Shown: positions 26,323 through 39,570 of the stretch, in pieces | Position numbering within the stretch: the first letter of the stretch is position 1 | Layout of the letters: every line of letters starts with the position of its first letter | From: Paraphysomonas bandaiensis | Taxonomy: Eukaryota; Protista; Chrysophyceae | Assembly (NCBI GenBank): GCA_965644295.1 | Contig: CBFFRP010000111.1 | Location: 126,074 to 190,073, forward strand | DNA length: 64,000 bases | Direction: 5' to 3' | The notes under the pieces: generated by a model | The model's input: only the letters and a program-made list of their open reading frames with translations | Told to the model about the DNA's origin: nothing | Database searches by the model: none | Translations under genes and position numbers: made by a program

Positions 26323-27091
26323 GCTACTATGATATGTTCTCGCTGTTATTATGTTCTGTATGTATGATACCATGCTGTGATGAGAGAGCTCCTCCTTCAA
26401 CACCCACCTCCCTGGATCTATTACTCACCAGCAACACCATACATACCACTGGTCACTCATCATCACCACTTATATAGTTCCACACCATTATGGTGCGGGC
26501 TTGAGTACGGTACCTTCCACATTTTACAGAAAATACATAAATACGGTACGTATAGTACGTATAGTACGCACACCACATTTGCAATCGAACCCCAATAAAA
26601 GCCTTGCATAAACACTCGTGCACCTCAAGTGTACAATAGCGACTTCTCTCTTATGATGGTCACATGTACTTGCCCCCCTATAGGGTAGTACGGGTAATAC
26701 CTGTATGTATGTATATGGAAGTATATACTGCAACTGCTATACAGGAATACGGGCCCACATAACTTTGATATAAATTTGCAGCAGGTTTCACATCGACCGA
26801 AGTCACCAGCAGCAGATCATAGTCGTACATCATCATCAGCAGATAAAATTGGACATCATACCCGAGCGTTGGCTCAATATGTAGGTACACTGTGGTACAT
26901 TACCAATGTCCAAATGGTGTTGCATAATATGTATCCTGAACACAATGAAGGTCCTAAAGCAATATATAGGGTCCTGATATAGGGTCCTAAACCAACATAG
27001 GGTCCTAAAAGTCAATGTAACCATGCATGTGACTCAATAGCGTGATACTATAGCCACGTAGATAGGGCATGGGAAATGCCACGTGGTCACA

Positions 27092-27507
27092 CTGCCTCCT
27101 CCCCCGTTTTGGTTGTCTACAGAATAGCATGCCTCCGGTATTCACAAATGCCAACGGGACTAGGTGTTACGTAGCCGTCAAAACGAAAATCCCCGGAGAA
27201 TTATAAGTTATATAATAATAATTTGATATGGAATAGAATTGAGAGAGCAATAAGAATAATATGTGTCTAGCGTGGAACTTAATAAGACGCACGGACCTGC
27301 TTTTATTTTGCTTCTCTTACTTTCCCCCATAATATTGTTATATCACAGAGATTGAGTACTACTTATTAAGTAATATTACTGTATGGGTATACACGTCTAC
27401 CATACACACATAAATATGCACTCCTGTACGTACTCCACACGGAAAGTGCGAACTAGATAAGATCCAGTCGAGTGTTTATACATTGAGCTCTGCCGCACAT
27501 AGCTACA
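27092..27507 (-). mobile_element. Truncated Gypsy-derived fragment: 128-bp LTR-like segment, leader/gag start identical to the full Gypsy, then a PPT
   Basis: 27297-27382 is the exact reverse complement of 43342-43427. 27380-27507 reads TGTAGCTAT...ATACA on -. The purine tract gggggaggaggcag is followed by TGTGAC at 27091. Confidence 0.6.
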
Positions 27508-27512
27508 CATAT

Positions 27513-27700
27513 ATACATACCTACATACTGTACATACATACCTACATACAGTACCTACCTACATACATACATACATACATACATACATACATACATACAT
27601 ACATACATACATACATACATACATACATACGTACATACATACATACATACATACATACATGCAATACATACATACACATACATACACATACATACATACA
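27513..27700 (+). repeat. (TACA)n microsatellite, imperfect
   Basis: Directly visible. Confidence 0.95.
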
Positions 27701-27841
27701 TGCACACACACAAGCTACGAAGGTTCCTACCTACAGTATCTACTTCGTATACATATCTCGTACTCTGTACAAATATTCTGGACGTGCCCAGGCCCCGCAG
27801 ATGGATGTACCACACATAGCCCTTATATTCTCGAATGCTAA

Positions 27842-28315
27842 GGCCGTTCCTTACGGTTGGGTAAAAAAAAAATGAAATTTTTTTTCTTCCGCATTCTCAA
27901 CACGGTTGGTCAAAAAAAAAGATAACATACACATGATGAAAGCACCCATTTCTATAGGAGAAACTGTCAAAAACCAGTGTTTTGTAAAGAAAAGGGGGTT
28001 TCATGCCATATATATTGAAAAGTTAATGTAGATATATTGGATGCATTATGCTGGTTCCAGGACACCGTTTGAATCACAACAAGCGCTCAGCCTACTCGAC
28101 ATAGACTTGGTAAAACTCGTGATAACAATAATATGACTCGAGGTTCCTAATATAGGCCGCAATATTATTTCTTACCATACCATGTATGTTGGAAAGAAAT
28201 GAAATCATTTCTTACCATGATCCAAAATAATTTTTTTTTTGACCACCGTAAGGAACGGGAAGAGCAAGAAAAAAAAAATTCATTTTTTATTTTTTACCCA
28301 CCGTAAGGAACGGCC
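27842..28315. mobile_element. Tourist-like MITE (PIF/Harbinger superfamily)
   Basis: TIRs ggccgttccttacggt(t)gggtaaaaaa / ttttttacccaccgtaaggaacggcc, TSD TAA on both sides, 474 bp, non-coding. Confidence 0.9.
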
Positions 28316-28366
28316 TAAGAAATCGATTTATTTCAAAAACAAGTGAAGTCGAAATGTTTATATCTC

Positions 28367-28426
28367 CTACATACATACATACATACATACATACATACAT
28401 ACATACATACATACATACATACATAC
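28367..28426 (+). repeat. (TACA)n microsatellite
   Basis: Directly visible, about 130 bp upstream of the SLC12 ATG. Confidence 0.95.
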
Positions 28427-28558
28427 TTCTTCTATTCATTGTATTGTATAGTAAGAAGAGTCTTAGTAGTTAACTCTGATCACTATCATCATCATATTAT
28501 TAATATGATACATCACACTTAACTCCATCATATTCTACCCTCATTCATTACATTAATT

Positions 28559-31500
28559 ATGAATACTAGTGTAAATTATGAAGATGATTATGATAATGAT
28601 ACTATATCTGATATATCATTTGAAGATGTTGATAATTTCTATAATCGTGATGATGTTATCACAGCCAAAAGGACAGCATCATTTGCATTTATTCCAACAG
28701 CAAGTAATATCACTGATCAAGTTGATATAGAACAACAAAAGACACCACAACGTGTGATTACTGATGCATTTACACCACCACGTCTTGGAACAATACATGG
28801 AGTACTTATACCATGTTTATTATCTAATATGATGGGTGCTATGCTATTCATGCGTCTTCCTTGGATTACAAGTCAAGTTGGAGTATACTTAGCAGTTGTA
28901 ACATTCGTTCTCTCTTCTGGTTCTACATTATTGACGTTTATGTCTCTTGTTGCAATTGCTACTAATGGGAAGTTGAAAAAATCCGGTGGTCTTTATGTTC
29001 TTATTCGAAAACATCTAGGCTTAGAGTTGGGTGGCTCCATTGGTTTGCTTCACTTATTTCAGAAAATGCTGGTGGTGTCAATGTACTGCCTCGCTGCTTC
29101 TGAATCAGCCCTCAACTCCACTAACAGCATTGGCATGATGCCCTATGATGTGCCCATATTCGCCATTGTGTTGTGCGTTCTAATGACATTTTTGCTTTTG
29201 CAACCACGCTTATTAAAGAACATCAACGATGCTTGCCTGGTCATACTTGTAGGTGCTATTCTAACTGTGCTCTGCTTTGTTGTGGGTGGGATAGCTTTTA
29301 GTGCGAATAGTTGGAATGGGAAACTTACTGATGATGACCGCAAGTACGTAGACTGTCTCACTCCAGCCTATAAGAAGGATGAGGATACCAGTGTCACTCC
29401 CTCTTTTTTTACCCTCTTAGCCCTGTATTATGCCTCTGCGAGTGGTTTCATGGGGGCGTGCACAAGATCAGGTGGTGTATGCTATACTGTGTAAATATAC
29501 ATGTATCACTTACTTCTTTCTTTTGCAGGTAATCTCTTGGCCAATCCAGGGCGCTCGATTCCTCTGGGTACTTTGTCCGCCACTCTTGTTGTCTCCTGCG
29601 TCGTCCTGTTTATTATATTTCTCTGTGGATTCGCGATCAACCGCGAGACTCTACAGGAAGAGAAACTAGTTCTCGCGATGCTCTCCTGGCCGTCTGTGGA
29701 AGTAGGCCAGGTAGGCATCACGCTATGCTGCATTGGCGCGGCGATGGTTAACTTCAAAGGTATTCCGCGATTAATATTCCTGATCGATAACGACGGTGCG
29801 GTACCGTTTTTCCGGCCGATATTGCATCACCATATGTCACATTCACATGATGTGCAAACAGTTCGCTCTGGTGCTTCTTCTGGTCATATGCAGGCTGCAA
29901 CCTGTGTCGTGTTTTTAACATTCTTAGGAGTCTCGTTGCCTTGTTTGACGGGAAACATGGACTATCTCGCACAGTTCGTGGCCTTGCCAAGTCTTCTTGT
30001 GCACGTTTCAGTGAACTTCTCGTGCTTTCTTTTGGCTATTGTTAAAGCACCAGGCTTTAGACCGCATTGGCAGTACTTCAGGTATTAATTCGTTCGTTAT
30101 GATTGTAGGGTGGATTTGGTGTTAGCTGCGTGTGAAATTCGCCTATTGTTTTTGCTTATATTAAAGGCTCATTTTGCATTCATGAATACAGTTGGCATAC
30201 AGCCCTGCTGGGTACGTTATGGTGTTTTGGTATGATGCTTCTGATCAACTGGTGGTTGAGCATTCTGTTCACCGTTCTACTGCTCGTGCTGTTTGTAATG
30301 GTATCTCGAAGCACTGCTGGCAATGACTGGGGTGATGCACTCTCCGGACTCATGTACCAGCAGGTAGGCATCACTACTGACAGCACTTCCTGTTGCATCG
30401 TATGCGTACTTGAAATTAGTTGGGGAAGAGCTCACTCAACAAACGAGCTGTCTAATGTCGTAGCATCATACAAAACCTGCAGTGTCGTTGAGGTTGCATT
30501 GTAGTCATGCGGTGTATTTATCAGGCGCGAAATCTTCTATTGTATATGAGTGGCCCTGCCTCAAGTTCTCGACGATCTAAAAACTGGAGACCACAACTAA
30601 TGGTAATATGTTTATTGTGATGTATATGTTGGCAAAAGAATTATGGTCCCGACATTGCGACATGTGTGGTTAACATATGAATTAAGGTTGTTACTCATAT
30701 ACGAGAAAAGCGGACGGGTGATTCCCCAACTCGGTTTCTTCATGAGTCCTTGATCCGGCTGGCAGGACAAATGAAGAAAGGAGAGGGGCTGACTATGGTT
30801 GCTGCCCTTCTTGAGGTATTGCTTTGCAGAAAATGTTATCATAATTCTCCGCGATACTGTTTAAAACTCTATTGATACTGTCCATTCTTATAACGCCATC
30901 TGTATACCAGGGAGAACCAGCCTACGTGCATCCTCAGGTCTGCGATGAAATTCAGGATGACTTGGAGGCATTCATGCGCAATGAGGGCATTTATGGATTT
31001 GCAAGGTGGGTACATATATATAGAACTCTGCGTTTCCACATGTTCGAACTTGTACAGTTAATAGGTTGAATTGATTCCCTGTATGAATATGTTTTGTATC
31101 GTGGTGCTTGCCGTTATACTCGTTTGAGGGTGCTTTATTGCGCAGGTGTTGTGTTACTCGGACCCTTGTGGATGGATTCGACACTGTCGTTCAGATGGCA
31201 GGCATGTACTACCCAAGCGGTTTTGTATTATGAAAATGATACCTCTTGTTAGTTATGTAGTGTGTGTACTTACGATGATGCCTAATACACCCAGCGCTCA
31301 TACGTATATGACAATTGCGTTGTAAGTAGGTGTGGGAACAATGAAACCGAACACACTCATTTGCCAATGGCCAGATGGACTGGAAGATATGTGTTACGAC
31401 GACGCACGTGAGCATGTTGAGAGGGTACGGACATCATTTGATTGGTCTAATGGCTAGCTACTTTTTAATACTTTTATCATAAAGTTATATGTAGAAGTCA

Positions 31501-33184
31501 TATCATGCTGATTTGGATTATGTTACATGCACTCATGTGCTTTGTTTTTTTCTTATAGTTTCGCGTTGTTGCGACATCCAAGAAGGCCCTGATTGTAGTT
31601 AAGGGAGCCAACGCTCTTCCCTCTAATCAGGCTCGCTATCGTGGGTACATAGATGTGTGGTGGGTGGTAAACGTTCATGATGGGGGACTTCTCATTTTAC
31701 TTCCCCATCTCCTGTGGCTCCACAAGGTAATTTCATTGATTAAACGTTATGTGAATAGTGTTCAGTGTGAAATAGTATGATATTGTTCACACGAGTGGCG
31801 ACCAGATGTACATACCATCGCTTGTATTGTACGAGATATTTATGTATTGTGTACTAGGTGTGGCATCATTGCCAGCTTCGGTTGTTCGTTGTAATGACGA
31901 GCCCCGGCGACAATCCCGTCAAGCTAAAGCGTCGGGCTGAAGAGCACCTAGATCATGTAAGTATTGTCACCAATGATTTCTATAGATATTTCACTATTGT
32001 ACATCTTACTCTTTCGTGTTATGTGGTTTTGTGTGAACTCATACGTGTGAGGCAGGAGAGAGTGGATGCAACAGTGGAAGTTGTTGACTTGTCCGCGTCG
32101 TCACATGGCGTCTATGACTTCACTCTCGATCACAAGTGAGCAACACAAGTTTTATATATTATTTTGATGGGAGGGTGATTGTTCTGTGATGCTGGTCCAT
32201 CTGATTATTTTGAAGTCTTGTTAATTGCTTCAGTTTTTAATTGGTGCAATATGACTTACCTTCTGTTTTAGTGCGCGTAATCAGCTGCTGATGACACTCA
32301 ACAATCCGCATACTCTTTCCGTAGCGCTACGACAAGGTATCTACACATCACACTTTTTCGCAGTTTGCCGATCATGATGTTTGCAGACTCCGACTACAGA
32401 CTTAGTGTTGCCAGAAAGTCTCATCTGGCAGAAATATTTAGAAGTGTATCTCCATCAGGGGAAGTACCTAAAACTAATTCGGATAGCCTAATGCGTAGTC
32501 CAGACCACTTCACACCACATACAAGTCCTGAAAGGCCAGATACCAATGACCGTGACCACGGTGACATAAACGGTTCTCATGACGAGGTACTTGTTACTGT
32601 TGATTTCTGTGTACTATGAACATTGTTGTTCTGTCGATTCTAATATGTACCCTTCAGCTCCGTTGTGATGATGGTGGATCAACTGATGGAATAGTACTAG
32701 ACACAATAGAAATGTCTCAGGTAGATTTATCTCCCCCCTGTATCGAGCATCGACCCGATGAAGCCTTCATCGCCAATTGCATGCAGGTACATATCCCCGA
32801 AGTTTATTTTTCTCTGTAGTTATGTATTGCATGCGCATATCTGCGTATATTTATAAAAACTTGATTACCTGACGGTTGAATGGTGCTGTACAGATAGCGG
32901 TACAGTTTAATGCCCTTCTCAGACAGCGGAGTAAGGACTCTAAACTTGTTGTGCTCAATTTCCCTCCGGTATGATACATATATGCATGCTGAGAGATGTT
33001 TCTAATAAACTGAATAGTTACACAAAATGGATGATGCAGACTTTATTAACTACACTGCGACACTGACCAACAACCTTCAGCCGGTATGAACTGCGACTGG
33101 ATTATTTCATACTGGTGACTAAATCATTTGCAGGTGCTATTAGTGAAAGGAACTGGACAGGAAATTATCACATCCTATAGTTAG
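28559..33184 (+). CDS. SLC12 cation-chloride cotransporter (KCC/CCC-like), multi-exon
   Basis: RLGTIHGVLIPCLLSNMMGAMLFMRLPWI, AIATNG...GGLYVLIRKHLGLELGGSIG, RSG|NLLANPGRSIPLGTL, APGFRPHWQYF, WGDALSGLMYQ, KNWRPQL, GTMKPNT, GYIDVWWVV...DGGLLILLPHLL, ending VLLVKGTGQEIITSYS*. Confidence 0.93.
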
Positions 33185-34648
33185 ACAGTGTATTCCGTGG
33201 GCTATATATATTATGAGTTAGTAGTTTGATAAACTCTGTATTTTGTTTTGATCGAGTTTTGATATAGATGGTCAACTGATTTCTCTTCGGTTTCAAATTA
33301 GTGAAAGATTATAAGTGTAAGAGAGAAGCAATAATGGTGGTAAACTGAATCATGGCGTTGATATCTATTTGTTGTGCACCCTTCACTGCAACCTTGAATG
33401 AAGATTAGGAAATTAAAGTGTAAATGCTGAAGGTCAAATAACTTACCCAGCAGTGTTGAACAACTATACGTTGAGTTTTTCGTATTTGTAATCTATTAAA
33501 TGCGTTAAAGTGCTTATTTTACGAATACAGTTGATATGCATTATGTTCGACGTTAGACAAACTAAAATTAGATCGTGTCTATCTAAGATCTGATAATATT
33601 GATTGGTAGCCGAGAGAAAATAAATTTAGTGAATACCTATGAATGATGAGAGCTGTTGATAATTTTACTAATTGATTATTGAGTGAGTTCATTCTTCCGT
33701 TACATATAGGTTTACTGGTGTACCCACGTATCGGCAGTCTGCATCATAGTTTTCGGAAATAAATGGAAGCAAACTTATTCTAGTATATTCAGTATGTCAC
33801 TTGAAGACAATGTACGAGAATACAGTGAAATATAGTGATGATATTGAGAAACTGAAATAGTTTGATCTTTCGAGATATGTTCAGTAACGAGAGGTTCGCA
33901 TATGTAGGATATTATGCATGGATTAAAATGAGTTAGTGTTGTTTATCACAACTTCGTGTAAACGTTATTAATAAATATATCTAGTCTGACTACAAATTCT
34001 CTCTGTGATCTAGCTTAAAATTAGCAATTTCCAACACAATACAACTACGGCTGGAATACAGGTAATTGTTGTCTCAACATTAGAGGCATCTTTGAACAAA
34101 AATATACAAAGGATGCCGATACGATAGAGTGAAAGTACCAAGGACAAGATAGCTAACTTAAAGTAGCCACTATCTATATAATATGTGAAGCAGCAAATCG
34201 CACCTTTTACAATAGTCTGTTTTGTTGCGAGGTAAAAAGAATAAGTTATACAATTATTATTGAACGGTAGATTGTGTGAGTGTGATTGCTATCGGCACAT
34301 CCGATCACAAATGAAATCATCCAAGAGTCTCATTGACGATTGACGAGAGTGATCAGTATTAGGATTCATCTTAATACAAGATAATTATGTGTGAATTATG
34401 ATGTTCAATGAAATATATCATGTACTGAATTAATGTGTATCTGTTGAAGATACTTGATCATCATCAGAACGATCGTCATAGTCAGTTATACTTCTAACTA
34501 TTCTGTTGTGCATGACAGTTATGTTTATATTGTTATTCATATTCTTCACTTCACTTTGTTTATCACTTACATTCTAATAATCACAACATTTTTTCAATTC
34601 TTTATTATCAGTGAAAGCAACTTATTATAATATGAAAAAAATGCACGA

Positions 34649-36399
34649 TCAACGGTTATATGACTTAACGAAATACATGCATACAAGAGCTATGTGAATG
34701 ATGATCCAAAAGGAACACAATACCCCAAAGCAATACAGATCATATATAGAGTGAATCATTTCCTGCAAAACTAAATACCAGTAGCCAGTGAATGTAGCGG
34801 TCATTTTCGATGCACTTTCGACAGGAAACGGAATTTCACCAATATTTTCTGCAGGAAGCACCCGGCGTCGTGATGCAGTACAGACGTGAATGATCAAAAC
34901 TATCATAACAATGTACGAAGCATGGAGATACTTATCCAATAAAGTGACATAAGATATTTTTGGAAGTCTATCGGAAATGATAAATTTGAGTGAAATAAGC
35001 ATAAGCCACGTCCTGTTCAGAAAATGCATTAAGAAAAACATTAAGCTCAATCAAACAGTACAAATGTAGGAATACATTGAAACGTCAAATACAGACCACA
35101 GTATATTTACTAACTTACGTAAATATTATGGAGAGTCTATCCGACAAATTTTCAGGAGGAATGAGAAACAAAGAGAATGATGACAACACGATTGTGAATG
35201 TGGTGAAGAAAACGTTATTTATATACCATCCAGGTTTCCTGAGAGCATGCAAATGACATGCTATACTGGCGTAGATTATGCCTATTTTACAACACAACAC
35301 AATAATTAGCAACGCGTCGATAGCAGTAATAAAATTAAATCGACTACAGCAGAACGCAAACATAACATCGCATCTTTCAATTTCCCAGGTATTGAAATAA
35401 TCATACCTGATGGCGGCGGTTCGATAGACGAATTACAGTTTAAGTATATCTTATTGTACCCCAGTGGATTCAATTTCCATTCACTGCTCTCATCCTTTTC
35501 CTTATGAATCATGGGTACGCGATGAGGATGTTGCACAAACGCCATCACCTAAAAGACGGCTTAGTGAGCCAATCTACTCACACCACAACTGCATTTATCA
35601 TACGTTGCCACACACAGCAAATAGTATCTTCATAGCATAGCACTTACTTTCAAAGGATGCTCACTCAGTAATTTAATAACAATTTCTTGACTGTCAAATG
35701 GAAAATCATGAAGCTTTAGCGTCTGATGAATAGTCGCTTGAACGTGATGATAAGAATGAACATGACCAGTTTCAATATTCTTAAGTGACGTAATACTCTT
35801 AACAATTTCTACGTTACTCGAGTGAAGAATTTTCCATGCAGGATTAAACACATTCTTCCCTACTTCGAGCTCTTCAGGCCATGTTGTGTAGTCAGCACGC
35901 CCAAAACTTGGGTTATGACTGTGAAGGTAAGATACAGTATGTTACAATATGATTAATATATTGCATATATACGTGCATGCATGTATGCATATATTACTCA
36001 TCATATATATATATATATACAGTACACTACATACACTTATACAATAACTATATATTCATACCGTACAACAGCAGGATGAGTTGAATAATATCCTTTTAAT
36101 TTATTAGCAATTCCAGGATCATTCCATTCAAATGTAAGTCCAAAATCTATTGTAAATTCTTCCGCTGAACTATCAATTTTATGTAAACGAAAGATTTGTA
36201 TATTCACTTGTACATTAATGAGTGGTTTAATATCTTTATATTTATATAATACTTGATTATTTGATGTATGATTTGAGTGATATGATGGTTGGTGGGTTGT
36301 ATTCTCTATAGATTTAGATGGAAGATATTGACGTAAACGATGGACAGTATCTTCAATTGAATATTCATATGAATTAGATGATAGTTTATTGATATACAT
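34649..36399 (-). CDS. Pentameric ligand-gated ion channel, Cys-less (Pro-loop) type, multi-exon
   Basis: VNIQIFRLHKIDSSAEEFTIDFGLTFEWNDP, FNPAW, LHDFPFDSQEI (Pro-loop with no flanking Cys), LRKPGWYINNV (pre-M1), DRLSIIFT, DRLPKISYVTLLDKY and an M4-like helix. Confidence 0.85.
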
Positions 36400-37030
36400 T
36401 AGAGGATAGAATGTAATTATATGATAGAAGGAGGAGGGGGGGGGGGGTATGTTAATACTATGAATTATGTATGTATATATATAGAGAGAGTGAGATGCAG
36501 TCCAAGATCATATACATGTATATGCAAAGATTACGTGTATATATATACTGTATGTTCCATACATATATGCAAGAGGGGACATACACTTTACTTTGTATAC
36601 TCGACTCTGGATGCATACCAGGCATACTGCTGTCAAAAAATAGGCATCGTAGATCGTTGGTTACTCATCCATCATTTTTTTAAATGATAAAATGTGGCAT
36701 TTTGAATGGTTTTTTTGTGTAGATGGCTCATTTTCTATATAATTGATTGCACAAAACTTTGGTTTTTATATAAAAATACTAATATTAGGATAAAATGCTG
36801 ATATTATGTAAAAAAATGCTTATTAAGGCGAGAATATCCTGATAAATTGATAGGAACTTATATATCGGTTGAGACTAATCTGGTAACCATGCAAGAGCAT
36901 GCATACCATACCACTAGCTGTTAATGCAATTAATATCATATATTATGCAATAGAGTATGTAAATACGACATGGGAGTATTTCATTGTTGATACTACGAAT
37001 ATATTACCACCTCTATTGTTCATTAAGGAT

Positions 37031-37494
37031 ATGAAATCTTTTATATTTCTATTGATGGTTAGCATATGCTGTGCAACATATCACATGAAGTCAAAGGATG
37101 CCTTTAACGTAGCATCAAGATGGACTTATCGTGGTGGAAGTTCGCTTCCTAGAGAAGAGATTAATAATATAATGAAGCTGAAGTCTAAATCGTCGACTAA
37201 GGACCACATGTGGCTTATGATACGGTCGTTTTGGCTGTCAATGATAGATCCCACTTACTATACTCAAGTTCTAAAGAATGAATTCAAAACTTCAGGTCCT
37301 ATTAAGTCCCGTCATTTTGGACGCTCCTCAAAGAAGTCACGGTATGCAGACTTAAAAATATAACTTCATATTTAAATGGCGTACACAGATCTGAGAGTAT
37401 GTATGTACCCCTTGGCTCTAGTCTTCCAACCGGCTTAACCCCTGACAATTCACCGCCTCCTCCGTCATACTGTACTGCTGATGGGTGTCAGTAA
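37031..37494 (+). CDS. Small signal-peptide protein with C-terminal PPPPSYCTADGCQ (possibly SelK/SelG-like, Cys form)
   Basis: Signal-like MKSFIFLLMVSICCA and IRSFWLSMIDP. An intron near 37342-37388 (GT-AG) joins to SESMYVPLGSSLPTGLTPDNSPPPPSYCTADGCQ*. The family guess is weak. Confidence 0.55.
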
Positions 37495-37975
37495 TGTATT
37501 TGTATATATGGTTTATTTTATTTTGATAAGTGTGAGATTAGTCTTCCCACTCTGCACTTTCTGAGAATTTAACTCAAGCACATTTAAAACTTACCTTGTT
37601 TGTTTATATTGAAACGCATATCAGTGTCATCAGCAGTTTACACCACTGAGGTCGTTTTTCTAGTGATACCGACTACACATACCTGTAGCGTAGTGTGAAT
37701 GAATCATTATTCTAACTATGTATTCTACCTGCGTATACCAGGGCTTGGCGTGGGAAAAAAACATTGCAACATATATAGTACAGAGCACAATGTGTTCATG
37801 AAGTTTAGGCGTGGGTAATTTGTGGAAGTTAAACTTAAGTATCTGAAAATACGATGTACGACTTGAGGAAGACATTACAACATCTAACTGGTATATACGT
37901 ATATACAGGTAGTAGAATTTCTGCAATGCATTTTAAAAATATCTCTACGAAAATAAGTATCTACAGATCACAATA

Positions 37976-39570
37976 CTATTCCATTCCTACTCTAATTTTG
38001 CTATCGCCGGTGGGAATATCCTTTCGACACTGCACAACAGCGGTATTAAGCTTCCATATATCATGAGTCGGTCTTGAATTCTTTGAGATCACACATGGGG
38101 CATTATGGACATAAGATATATCGATTACCCCAGTGCCTTGAACATGACTATTTGATGATTCTGCGACAGGAAATTCTGGTTCATCTATGCGCCTCAATTT
38201 CCTGGGAGGAGGGTTACTTTTTTGCGCACCACACTCTCCCAAACTACCAACTAGGAAGTCCCAGGTTGAGGTCAACATAGATGTTGTATTGTCTGTCTGA
38301 GGAAATTTGGACTTAATCCGCTCAACCATCTGTGGGAAAAACGAAGGTCAACACAAAGCATGCATGTAGTTCGCAAAATAACCTTAGCAAACACCGTATC
38401 GATACTCTGACACGACATGTCCGATTCTCCACCGTCCAGACATGACACTGTAAAAAAGGGAGCTCCCCACGCATCAGCCAACGTCTGGCCTTCTGAAATA
38501 AGTGTGCTTCTACAGGATGCCGTGGTGTCGCATTTGTTACATACAACAACACTGCACATTCGCGATAGCACAAGATGTCAAAAAAATCCCAGACGTAGTT
38601 TTACACAAGATCCAAATACAACTACACGTGAACGTACATTGGTAAATCATACAGCTCTGCTCCAGCGCACTGGACAATCCGCCGCGCTTGAACTTTCTCC
38701 AGTTCTACTAAGGAGTGTATGGAGTCTGCACTATACACCAACACCATCCCATCCAGCCGTGGAACCCATTCCTTCATGACAATATCAACATCTGGGCCAC
38801 TACTAGGTATCTCGACGAGTTCTACGAGACAGGCGGAGGTTTCCTCACTGGCTGTATAATCACTCACAACGGGAGAGAATATCATCGTGGAGACGCTTAC
38901 TATGTAAAACAATAGTGAGTAGGGAGATGTCAATAGGGTCCAATTATAATATATTCAAAAAATAATAATATAATATCACTAGTGGTCAGGTACCTGTCGG
39001 TCTGTCTACGCATACGGGTTCAGAGGTATGCTCTGAATCCTCATCAGCACTTCGTACAGAGGACGGCGACATTGGTACCCTTGAATTCTCCCTTGAAATG
39101 CTTTTGTAAGAGTCATCAGTTCTCGGTCGAATGAAAGCAACTACAACAGGTTCAGTGGAGATCTCCATCTCCCTTCGTATGACCTCTGCAGCTTCAGGAG
39201 GCCCGAGTCGAGCAAGACTCGTCTTATTTATAGCCACAACAATATCATCCACTTGAACTCGTCCATCCATTTCAATTTCAGGTTTACTTCCATCAGGAGA
39301 TCGAACAAATGATTCAACACAAGAGAAATCTTTCAATTGATTATGTTTTTTTAATCGTATACCAACAGGTCCACCACACTTTAATACCACACAAATAGCA
39401 TCTGAATGAGAATTATCAACAGAATCTAATATAGTATTAGTGGATGATATACGATCATGATGAATATTAGATGATAAAAGACTACGAAATGTTGATATTA
39501 TTGTTGTTTTACCACAATTAGAGGGTCCTATAAGTGCTATACGATATTCATCTAATGATTCAAGATCCAT
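37976..39570 (-). CDS. Ras-like small GTPase-fold protein with an internal PDZ domain, multi-exon
   Basis: G1 is YRIALIGPSNCGKTT. The PDZ-like segment is GPVGIRLK...VESFVRSPDGSK...DGRVQVDDIVVAINKTSL...AAEVIR. Later exons give LDGMVLVYS, VVVCNKCD (G4) and APFFTVSC (G5). Confidence 0.75.

Larger units (their letters stand above)
23104..26533 (-). mobile_element. Crypton-like tyrosine-recombinase element, copy 1 (internally deleted)
   Basis: Ends defined by near-identity with the inverted copy at 52331-54579. Encodes GKGLRVGAA...RGGWDFSGECSIFEY...KILSGY (YR box II-like). Short direct repeat TTTYCTG at both ends. Confidence 0.75.
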
